From IMG/VR virus record IMGVR_UViG_3300042446_000574: a stretch of 64,000 nucleotides of DNA. One strand, written 5' to 3'. Shown piece by piece: positions 19,305 to 26,366 of this stretch. This DNA is from an uncultured virus (IMG/VR IMGVR_UViG_3300042446_000574). Its lineage: Duplodnaviria > Heunggongvirae > Uroviricota > Caudoviricetes. The notes under the pieces are model-generated. The model had not been told where the DNA came from and did no database searches. It saw only the letters and a list, made by a program, of their open reading frames with translations. The position numbers and the translations under genes were made by a program. Every line of letters begins with the position of its first letter. Position 1 is the first letter of the stretch.

Positions 19305-19853
19305 CTACATCGTCACCACCAAATTTTTATAATCATATTTCATCTTATTTTTATCATACCATTCGGCTGCTAAATCTTCATTATCAAAAATAAAAATAAT
19401 ACGATGCAATCCTTTTGAATTACCAACAGGGTCAAACTCTTCATTAATATCCAATTCATCTTCATTCATTGTGTTTAATTCTGAACCTGCCGACCAATTC
19501 GGTATCTCCATGCCCCACGCTTCCAAGTCCACCACGTCCCAATCGTTCGCCAGTGTATCCCAGTCCCATTCTCCAAATGCTACATTGTCCGCAATGATAA
19601 ACCGCTTCTTTTCCTCCTCAGTTAAATCGCTGCTTCGCTTTACCCATGTTTCATCCACGTCCGTAAATCCAAGTTCTTGCAAGGCGCGAAGCCTCATGTT
19701 TCCCCCGAGTACCACGTTATTTTCGTCAATGACCATCGGGCGAAGCGATAGCATCTTTGGAAACTCCTGTATGCTTTGCTTTAGCTTTTGAAACTTGTCG
19801 TCCCTTAGGACGCGTGGGTTGTTCGGGTTTGGTTTTATATCCTTTAGCTTCAT
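19305..19853 (-). CDS. ParB/Srx-like N-terminal domain protein
   Basis: IKPNPNNPR, VLGGNMRLRA and IADN motifs. Confidence 0.85.
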   Translation of the reverse strand: MKLKDIKPNPNNPRVLRDDKFQKLKQSIQEFPKMLSLRPMVIDENNVVLGGNMRLRALQELGFTDVDETWVKRSSDLTEEEKKRFIIADNVAFGEWDWDTLANDWDVVDLEAWGMEIPNWSAGSELNTMNEDELDINEEFDPVGNSKGLHRIIFIFDNEDLAAEWYDKNKMKYDYKNLVVTM

Positions 19854-20854
19854 ATACTTTTTAACACTTGTTTACGTTTGTTGTTGACGGTGAGAAGATT
19901 TCGCTCAGTCAAAAGCCATTTTCTCCCAGCCTGCAAATGATTAAAATAATCCCCGTCCTTTTCCAACGCCTTTTCAAATTGTCCGCTTAAATCGTCGTTG
20001 CCCTCGTACAACCGCACGCCTGGGACATTGAACTCCGTTATTTCCTTCGGTGCATAAGGAACGCAACCAGTGACAAGCATCTCCATCGCAAAGTTATTCG
20101 ACTTACTTTGGTTAAAATTGTCATTTGTCAACGGGAACACGGCGTAATGTGCCGCACTGTTTTTAATGAGCTCAAAGTATTGAAACAAGGAATTGTTCCA
20201 CGGTATGACCTTTACATTTGGGTAAAGCGTTTTGCCCAACCACTCAGGAATACCAATAAATGCAACCTCTGTGTCCTTGCGGCTGCTGACATAATGCCAA
20301 AATATATCCACGGTTTTTAAATCCTCAATGTGTGTCATGCTTCCACGCCACAACACGCGTTTAATCTTTGCCTCAAGTTTATCAGGTGACACGGGACAAA
20401 GTGGCGTCACTTGAAAGTCAATAGCGTTAGGAATAACCATTATTTTACTTTCGTCAAAGAATTGTTTGTAAAACTCTTTGAGGTACGGCGTTGAAACGAT
20501 TATATAATCGGCATACTTGAAAGCCTTTTCAACAGATTCTTTTACCTGCGTTTTACCGAAGTGTGCCGACGCTGGATTCGCAGCGTTAACCTCATGTAAT
20601 AAATCGTCGTGGTCAAGAATGATTTTTTTACCCATCTTCTTCGCCTCCGCGATCATTGATAACATTCCGTCACCATTGGGCCGTTGAAACAGGATAACGT
20701 CAACGTCGTAAAAATCATACCACTTTACCGTCTCAGGATTAAGGTAAGTAATATGAAGATTTATCATCTGGGAGCGAAGCCGCATGAATGGATTAACGGA
20801 ACGATAATAATCGGTCGTTGGACTGGTTAAATTGGTGACAATGCCTAACCTCAT
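19850..20854 (-). CDS. GT-B fold glycosyltransferase
   Basis: YYR..P, FQRP, DHDDL, VSTPYL, VIPNAID and NFNQSKSN motifs. Confidence 0.8.
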   Translation of the reverse strand: MRLGIVTNLTSPTTDYYRSVNPFMRLRSQMINLHITYLNPETVKWYDFYDVDVILFQRPNGDGMLSMIAEAKKMGKKIILDHDDLLHEVNAANPASAHFGKTQVKESVEKAFKYADYIIVSTPYLKEFYKQFFDESKIMVIPNAIDFQVTPLCPVSPDKLEAKIKRVLWRGSMTHIEDLKTVDIFWHYVSSRKDTEVAFIGIPEWLGKTLYPNVKVIPWNNSLFQYFELIKNSAAHYAVFPLTNDNFNQSKSNNFAMEMLVTGCVPYAPKEITEFNVPGVRLYEGNDDLSGQFEKALEKDGDYFNHLQAGRKWLLTERNLLTVNNKRKQVLKSI

Positions 20855-21024
20855 TTACTTTGTTTTTGGTATGTGTCCAATAAAAGGTTTAAAACCTCCT
20901 CCATCGAGTGTTTGACGTTTGTTTCCTTCCAAAGTTGAAATTGCAAATCAAGCAATTTTTTCCTTATTTTTTCGTCCCGATAGCTTACCGAAAACACGGC
21001 GGCGGCTGGTTTATTGACATTCAT
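20851..21024 (-). CDS. 57-aa protein, possibly ribbon-helix-helix (not in the ORF track)
   Basis: MNVNKPAAAVFSVSYRDEKIRKKLLDLQ...; same-length frame kept in B (62879-63052). Confidence 0.6.
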   Translation of the reverse strand: MNVNKPAAAVFSVSYRDEKIRKKLLDLQFQLWKETNVKHSMEEVLNLLLDTYQKQSK

Positions 21025-21235
21025 TTTTTTGTTCTTTTAATCTGTAATAACGTTCCATTTGGTATTTATTAACCCTCTCTTTGTTCGCTTGATACCACGC
21101 TTTATTCCTAATGCTTTTCTCAGCCTTCTTTTCAGGTGATTGATTCTGGTGATAAAGCCTAAAATATTCCCTTTGCTTTTGCTTTTGGTACTCGGTCATA
21201 TTCTCCCGATACTGCTTTTGATACTCAGGTGTCAT
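21011..21235 (-). CDS. Basic Tyr/Lys/Arg-rich mini-protein
   Basis: Conserved in B; resembles the 31620 and 31864 ORFs. Confidence 0.6.
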   Translation of the reverse strand: MTPEYQKQYRENMTEYQKQKQREYFRLYHQNQSPEKKAEKSIRNKAWYQANKERVNKYQMERYYRLKEQKNECQ

Positions 21236-21613
21236 TTAAAATGGGAGTGATTCGTCTTTTACCGTTGTTTCATTTGTCATCTTCGGGTTGTTCTCCCCAG
21301 GCGTTGCCTTGCCTCCAAATTCAATGTTATTTACCATGCAACGAATAACGCCCGTTGGTTCTCCGTTCTTCATGTACGCATTAACCCCACCTGTTCCTTC
21401 GACTACGACATACGTACCCTTTACCAAATGAGGCGCAAGTTTGGAACCACGGTCACCCCACATTGAACACGTCACCCAAACCGTCTTTTCCGTTGGATTG
21501 TTTCCAAATGTCTTTTCCGTATGTGCCACGGAGAAAGAACAAACGGTTGTATCACCAACGGACTTGATTTCAGCATCTGTACCAAGGCGACCCGCAACTA
21601 TTAATTTTATCAT
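21236..21613 (-). CDS. ssb: Single-stranded DNA-binding protein
   Basis: GRLG.DAE, FSVA, W, KGT.V.VEG motifs and acidic ...LPF tail. Confidence 0.92.
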   Translation of the reverse strand: MIKLIVAGRLGTDAEIKSVGDTTVCSFSVAHTEKTFGNNPTEKTVWVTCSMWGDRGSKLAPHLVKGTYVVVEGTGGVNAYMKNGEPTGVIRCMVNNIEFGGKATPGENNPKMTNETTVKDESLPF

Positions 21614-21632
21614 TGTTTTTATTTTCTTTCTG

Positions 21633-21640
21633 CAAATATA
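21633..21640 (-). promoter_or_regulatory. Bacteroidota -7 promoter box (TATATTTG) for the leftward operon
   Basis: Fits TAnnTTTG; copy B has TATCTTTG (63661-63668), changed only at an n position. Confidence 0.65.
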
Positions 21641-21688
21641 ATATTATTTTTGTTATCAAATTTAAAATATTTTTTAAGAATATATTTA

Positions 21689-21696
21689 TATCTTTG
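21689..21696 (+). promoter_or_regulatory. Bacteroidota -7 promoter box (TATCTTTG) driving the tRNA-like array
   Basis: Fits TAnnTTTG; copy B has TAACTTTG; divergent from the ssb promoter. Confidence 0.7.
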
Positions 21697-21699
21697 TGG

Positions 21700-21768
21700 C
21701 GCAAGTTAGTTTAGTGTTAAAATGTTTTGCGACGGCAAAAAGACGAAGATTAGATTCCTTCACTTGCA
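21700..21768 (+). ncRNA. tRNA-like RNA 1 (degenerate; anticodon arm closed by a 4-nt GACG loop)
   Basis: GCAAGT/ACTTGC acceptor, TAGTTTAGTGTTAAAAT D-like arm, TTTTGC-GACG-GCAAAA, GAAGA-TTAGATT-CCTTC T-like arm; one change in B. Confidence 0.55.
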
Positions 21769-21772
21769 AATT

Positions 21773-21845
21773 AGCAAGGTGGCGGATGGGTAGCGCAAAG
21801 CGGCGACCGCGGCTGACATTGTGGGTTCAAATCCCACCCTTGTTA
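21773..21845 (+). ncRNA. tRNA-like RNA 2 with no canonical anticodon loop
   Basis: AGCAAGG/CCTTGTT acceptor, GCG..CGC D-stem, GTGGG-TTCAAAT-CCCAC T-arm; middle folds as GCGG-CGA-CCGC. Confidence 0.7.
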
Positions 21846-21914
21846 ACTTACCACCCGAAGGTTGAGCAATGCTGGCACCGTGCGTTGATAAAGGGATGGA
21901 ACGGTGTAAATTTT

Positions 21915-22037
21915 AGCAAGATGGCGGAATGGTAGACGCACAAGTCGGATGGGTGGAGTATCGTAGCCCAAGGTTATACTTCCTTAACAAAAAAAAGTAG
22001 GGAGATACTCGTACGGGTTCGATTCCTGTTCTTGCTG
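21915..22037 (+). ncRNA. tRNA-like RNA 3 with a ~72-nt insert replacing the anticodon/variable region
   Basis: AGCAAGA/TCTTGCT, TGGCGGAATGGTAGACGCA (Leu-type D arm), ACGGG-TTCGATT-CCTGT. Confidence 0.75.
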
Positions 22038-22053
22038 CTAAAAAATTAAGGTT

Positions 22054-22311
22054 ATGAATATTAAACAATTAAAAGAATCAATCGCAAATCTTCCTGACGA
22101 AATGGAAGTGGTTTTACAAAAAGATAGTGAGGGTAACGGGTATAGTCCACTTAAAGGTGTTGACTCAGATGCTGTTTACATTCCTTATAATACATGGTCA
22201 GGGGATGTTTATTCAATTGGATGGACTTCAGATGAAGCTGATATGTCAGATAAAGAATGGCAGGAAATAAAGTCGAAACCAAGAATTTTGATTTTATATC
22301 CTGTTAATTAA
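22054..22311 (+). CDS. Hypothetical protein (85 aa) inside the ncRNA array
   Basis: LPDEMEVVLQKDSEGNGYSPL, a phage-type small protein. Confidence 0.7.
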   Translation: MNIKQLKESIANLPDEMEVVLQKDSEGNGYSPLKGVDSDAVYIPYNTWSGDVYSIGWTSDEADMSDKEWQEIKSKPRILILYPVN

Positions 22312-22320
22312 TATTAACTT

Positions 22321-22422
22321 AGTCAGGTGGCGGAATGGTAGACGCACATCCTAAATACATTCAGATGGTGGAACTGAATTAATTGGGTGTACCACTTGCG
22401 GGTTCGAATCCCGTTCTGACTA
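22321..22422 (+). ncRNA. tRNA-like RNA 4 with an extended hairpin replacing the anticodon arm
   Basis: AGTCAGG/TCTGACT, same Leu-type D arm, GCGGG-TTCGAAT-CCCGT; insert ATTCAG-ATGGTGGAA-CTGAAT. Confidence 0.75.
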
Positions 22423-22427
22423 CTTTT

Positions 22428-22470
22428 TAAACCTCTCTTAAATCTCTAATAAATCTCTCTTAACCTCTCT
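22428..22470 (+). repeat. Four tandem 10-11 bp repeats TAA(A)YCTCTMW
   Basis: taaacctctct taaatctctaa taaatctctct taacctctct. Confidence 0.7.
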
Positions 22471-22524
22471 TAAAATTAAACCTTATTCCTAACCTCAGGA
22501 ACATGGTAATAAAAAACAAAACAA

Positions 22525-23133
22525 ATGATTGATAACAAATTTTTTTTTGACAAATCCGTTGAACTTGGTTTTACCACGCGCGACTACGAACCCCTTGTTT
22601 CCTTGCATACCAACGGCGCAAGGGTTTTGCAAATCATGGGGTGTGAATCCGTGTTTGAGTTCGGATCAGGACTTGGATTCTTTTTATCCGCCTGCCAGCG
22701 CGTGGGCTTGTATAAACACGTTGGGTATGACATTAACCCGTATGAAAGGGAATTTGCAATAAGCAAGGGCATTGACCCAGGGAGATATTTACTTGCCAAA
22801 TGGGTGACGAAATACCAGTTAGGAAGATATGAATTAAAGACTCATGGTTCATACGATGCCATTTACTCCACCGAAGTCTTTGAACACATGACCGACGAAC
22901 AAATTAGCTTTGTCATGCCAATCCTTTACAAGACCTGTAAAAAGTATTTTTATTTTACGTCCACTCCTCATGCCTCAGCCGATCCAGCGTTCGACATTGA
23001 ATGGGGACATATTAACCTGAAGCAAAAGGACGAATGGGTTGCCTTGTTTCATCGACACGGTTTTGACTTGCTGAGGGAAGCGACGGAGGTAACGCCGTGG
23101 GGGCTTTTGTTCGTGAAACGGGAGAAAAAGTAA
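22525..23133 (+). CDS. Class I SAM-dependent methyltransferase
   Basis: VFEFGSGLG, GYDIN, YDAIYSTEVFEHM and GHIN motifs. Confidence 0.85.
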   Translation: MIDNKFFFDKSVELGFTTRDYEPLVSLHTNGARVLQIMGCESVFEFGSGLGFFLSACQRVGLYKHVGYDINPYEREFAISKGIDPGRYLLAKWVTKYQLGRYELKTHGSYDAIYSTEVFEHMTDEQISFVMPILYKTCKKYFYFTSTPHASADPAFDIEWGHINLKQKDEWVALFHRHGFDLLREATEVTPWGLLFVKREKK

Positions 23134-23137
23134 AGGT

Positions 23138-23266
23138 ATGGCAAATTATATTAAGGCAGCATTGGACAAGGTTTTGACATACGAAACACCGCCAGCCGTG
23201 GTAAAATACATGGAAATGCAAAGCGCACTGGGGAATCCGCCGTGGAAAAAAAGAAGGAGAAAGTAA
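23138..23266 (+). CDS. 42-aa basic peptide (not in the ORF track)
   Basis: MANYIKAALDKV...PPWKKRRRK fills the gap after the methyltransferase. Confidence 0.4.
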   Translation: MANYIKAALDKVLTYETPPAVVKYMEMQSALGNPPWKKRRRK

Positions 23267-23277
23267 TTAATATTTTG

Positions 23278-23389
23278 TATATTTGTAATGTTCTTTTGAA
23301 TGGCGTAGCAGGTATTCAAAAGGAAATTGGAACAAACCATTGTTCTAACCCTTTGCCAACGAACTGCTACTCGTTGGCAATTTTTTTTT
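23278..23389 (+). promoter_or_regulatory. Promoter box plus three-hairpin leader/attenuator, copy 1
   Basis: TATATTTG; P1 TTCTTTTGAAT/ATTCAAAAGGA; P2; terminator TTGCCAACGA/TCGTTGGCAA + T9; loops GTAGCAG and CTGCTAC are complementary. Confidence 0.75.
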
Positions 23390-23395
23390 ATACTC

Positions 23396-24664
23396 ATGCA
23401 AATATTAAAAGAACTTGAAGTCTTAATCCCACCGTTAACAAGTGAGGAATTTAAGCAACTGGAACGTAATATTCTTGAAGAAGGAATACGCGACCCATTG
23501 GTGACATGGAACGGTATTTTAGTCGATGGACACAACAGGTACAGGATTGCTCAGGAATACGACATTGACTTTGAAACCGTGGAAAAGGAATTTCCAGATA
23601 TTTTAACGGTAAAGGTTTGGATGATTGTAAATCAATTCGGGAGAAGGAATTTAAACAATTATCAACGGAGTGTTTTAGCCTTGCATCTTGAAGGCGTTTA
23701 CAATGAGAAAGCAAAGGAAAAGCAAAAAGGAGGACAAGGAGGTATTTTGCTTCCGCAGAAATCTGCGGAAGGAAATAAATTAGAAAATGAGACAAGGTAT
23801 AAATTAGGTAAAGTTGCGAACGTTTCACATGATACGATAAGCAAGGTAAAGAAGATTGAAGCCACCGCCTCCCCCGAAATCAAGGCAAAGGTAAGCACTG
23901 GGCAAATAAGCATAAACGAGGCATTTAAGGAAATCAAGAAGGAGGAGAATGAACAATCAAAAACGCAAAAGGCGATTGAGATAATTGAAAAAGTTTACGA
24001 AAGCAATACAAATATTTTTCATGGAAATTGTATCGAGTTTATTAAAACCATTGAGGATAAAAGTATTGACTGTTTAATAACCGACCCACCCTACGGCGTT
24101 GACATTCAATTTGGCGCGTATGACAATCAACTGAGCCGCAAGATTGAAAACGATGGAAACATTGACGATGCTTTGCTTTTGCTTGATGAAATGTTACTTG
24201 AAGTAAAAAGCAAATTAAAAGACAATGCACACATTTACATTTTTTGTAACTGGAAAATATATCCTCAATTCAATGCAATTATTTCAAAGCATTTTCAAAT
24301 CAAGAACCTCATAATATGGGATAAATTATTCATGGGAATGGGTGACTTAAAAGGGAATTATTCGAGCTCTTATGAAATGATTGTTTTCGCTGGAGGCAAC
24401 AGGGAATTTTTATCAAGACCCAAAAATATAATTCAATGCAGATTTAATGATGAAAGATTTCATAACACTCAAAAGCCCGTTGATTTAATTAAGCAACTCA
24501 TTGAAAATAGTACCAACGTCAATGAAACAATTTTCGATCCTTTCCTTGGAAGTGGCTCAACTGTCATTGCGGCAAATCAATTAAAAAGAAATTTCATTGG
24601 ATGCGAAATTGACGAACAAAATTATAAGATAACTTTAAAAAGACTTGAAGATGGTAAGTGTTAA
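23396..24664 (+). CDS. ParB-like domain fused to a beta-class N6A/N4C DNA methyltransferase
   Basis: LVDGHNRY; TDPPY, HNTQKP and DPFLGSGST in beta order; ATG 23396 preferred over the TTG inside the leader. Confidence 0.9.
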   Translation: MQILKELEVLIPPLTSEEFKQLERNILEEGIRDPLVTWNGILVDGHNRYRIAQEYDIDFETVEKEFPDILTVKVWMIVNQFGRRNLNNYQRSVLALHLEGVYNEKAKEKQKGGQGGILLPQKSAEGNKLENETRYKLGKVANVSHDTISKVKKIEATASPEIKAKVSTGQISINEAFKEIKKEENEQSKTQKAIEIIEKVYESNTNIFHGNCIEFIKTIEDKSIDCLITDPPYGVDIQFGAYDNQLSRKIENDGNIDDALLLLDEMLLEVKSKLKDNAHIYIFCNWKIYPQFNAIISKHFQIKNLIIWDKLFMGMGDLKGNYSSSYEMIVFAGGNREFLSRPKNIIQCRFNDERFHNTQKPVDLIKQLIENSTNVNETIFDPFLGSGSTVIAANQLKRNFIGCEIDEQNYKITLKRLEDGKC

Positions 24665-25220
24665 TTATAAAGAATTTAGAAAGTACTCAGACAAAAGCCT
24701 TCCAGAGGCAAAGGAGCATATTTCAAAATTTTTCAATCAAGGACTTTATAAAATATCGTTGGTCGAATTTATTAAGGAATCTGGAAAATATGACGATACC
24801 ATTAACGCTATTGACTTATTTGTAAATATTCCTGAGTTTAAAATAAGTCACAGGGCACGAAAAAAGTACGGAGACATTATTGACATTACGATTAAAACAA
24901 GAAGCCAAAACCCTGAGGTAAAATCTGAGTACGAAAAACTTTTGGAGTTTTCTTCACTCAATAAATCATGGTTTTATTTTTATTGTTTTTATGACGAGGA
25001 AAAGGATAATATAAGCAGATATATTATTTACGATTTACGCAAATTAATCAGGCTTCCAGAGTTTAAAGACAAATCAATCTTTGCTTATCCAACAGACAAA
25101 TTTAACACAAAAGACGGCGGCTCACATTTTAATTGCATAACCGTTAATAAGTTAATTGAGAAAGGTGTTATTTTGGCTGACTGGTCAAAAGGTGAAGGCG
25201 AAGCAAAATATTATATATAA
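24651..25220 (+). CDS. Hypothetical protein, possibly restriction-endonuclease-like
   Basis: Overlaps the MTase stop; DD...AIDL...ISHRAR pattern loosely resembles a PD-(D/E)xK core. Confidence 0.45.
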   Translation: MVSVNYKEFRKYSDKSLPEAKEHISKFFNQGLYKISLVEFIKESGKYDDTINAIDLFVNIPEFKISHRARKKYGDIIDITIKTRSQNPEVKSEYEKLLEFSSLNKSWFYFYCFYDEEKDNISRYIIYDLRKLIRLPEFKDKSIFAYPTDKFNTKDGGSHFNCITVNKLIEKGVILADWSKGEGEAKYYI

Positions 25221-25236
25221 TTTGCCAAATATTTAT

Positions 25237-25345
25237 TATCTTTGGTTATTCTTTTGAATCAGGTAGGAGCGATTCAAAAGAACTTCGGGACAATATCCGC
25301 ATTGTTCACATTGCCCAATGAACTCCTACTCGTTGGGCATTTTTT
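25237..25345 (+). promoter_or_regulatory. Promoter box plus three-hairpin leader/attenuator, copy 2
   Basis: TATCTTTG; P1 TTCTTTTGAATC/GATTCAAAAGAA; P2; terminator TGCCCAATGA/TCGTTGGGCA + T6; loops GTAGGAG and CTCCTAC. Confidence 0.75.
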
Positions 25346-25355
25346 ATTATAACTT

Positions 25356-26351
25356 ATGGAGTTTTCATTTAACGTTGAATTTGCTAATCGTTACGGTATT
25401 GACGAAGCCATTATGATAAAATCCTTCCAATTTTGGATAAGGTTAAATAAGGCTAATGGAAATAATTTTAATGATGGTAAGTATTGGACGTATAATACAA
25501 ATAAGTCACTTGGTTTGTATTTTACCTTTTGGAGCGAAAAGCAAGTGCGAAGGATTATTGAAAGCCTTGTCGATAAAGGTATTTTAATAAAAGGTAATTA
25601 TAATAAAATCGGTTACGACAGAACGATTTGGTATGCCTTTGTTAACGAAGATTTATACCTTTCAGATAACTTTCATTTACCAGATAATGGATTTGACCAA
25701 AAGGGAAATACCATTTTACCAAATGGGCAAATGGATATTTCCAAAAGGGCAAATCGATTTTCACGAAAGGGCGAACCTATACCAGTTGCTAACCAAGTAC
25801 TAAATACATTTACTAACTCAGATAATATTGAAAATCATTCTGATTTTACCGAATTTGAAAAAATTGAAATTACTGAAAATGAAATTAACCAAAGTAAAAA
25901 GGTTAATCCATTTACTTTAATAACACAGTTAGAAAAAGAAAAAAGTTCCGCGAAAAAAGAAAAAGAAAAGATTCCCTCCCCCACTTACGCCGCCTTCTCC
26001 GTGTTTTGCCAAACCTTCGAAAACTTATCTGGCGCCGCGTATCCGACTGACCAGAATGGACATTACATCATGATGCCCAAAGACGCGGGTCAAATGAAAT
26101 TTCTTATGCAATACATTGACAAAATAGACAGACAGGGCGATAGCCTTGAGGCGTTGAAGGTGTTTATTCAAGCGGCATGGAACCTGAATGACAAATGGCT
26201 GAGGGCAAATTTCACCATTGCAAACATTTACGGACAAGCCTCAAAGATATTTACCGCGTATCAAACGACAAGCCCAGCGGCAAAGGACAAGGCGTATAAT
26301 GATAAATTACAAGAATTGCTTGCCGAAAGAATGGCAAAGTTTCAAGATTAA
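25356..26351 (+). CDS. Phage replication initiator (N-terminal winged helix)
   Basis: F.VE.A..YGI.EAI...WTYN....F.FWS.KQ.RR and DRT.WY motifs; internal iterons. Confidence 0.8.
   Translation: MEFSFNVEFANRYGIDEAIMIKSFQFWIRLNKANGNNFNDGKYWTYNTNKSLGLYFTFWSEKQVRRIIESLVDKGILIKGNYNKIGYDRTIWYAFVNEDLYLSDNFHLPDNGFDQKGNTILPNGQMDISKRANRFSRKGEPIPVANQVLNTFTNSDNIENHSDFTEFEKIEITENEINQSKKVNPFTLITQLEKEKSSAKKEKEKIPSPTYAAFSVFCQTFENLSGAAYPTDQNGHYIMMPKDAGQMKFLMQYIDKIDRQGDSLEALKVFIQAAWNLNDKWLRANFTIANIYGQASKIFTAYQTTSPAAKDKAYNDKLQELLAERMAKFQD
25690..25777 (+). repeat. Four 22-bp quasi-palindromic iterons (putative origin of replication)
   Basis: GGG core at 25703, 25725, 25747 and 25769; period is not a multiple of 3. 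Confidence 0.75.
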
Positions 26352-26366
26352 TAAAAACAACCAATT

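Noticed and set aside
21847..21910. HDV-like (theta) ribozyme next to a tRNA-like element
   Set aside because: I could not fit the nested double-pseudoknot (P1/P2/P3/P1.1) by eye.
21941..22012. Insert of tRNA-like RNA 3 acting in trans on the attenuator loops (it contains GTAGC and AGTAGG)
   Set aside because: Matches of only 5-6 nt are expected by chance.
21700..22422. Calling these canonical tRNA genes (e.g. tRNA-Leu)
   Set aside because: No element has a proper anticodon stem with a 7-nt loop, so no anticodon can be assigned.
23327..23395. TTG start extending the MTase by 23 aa
   Set aside because: It lies within the structured leader and terminator; ATG 23396 is positioned like the ATG after leader 2.
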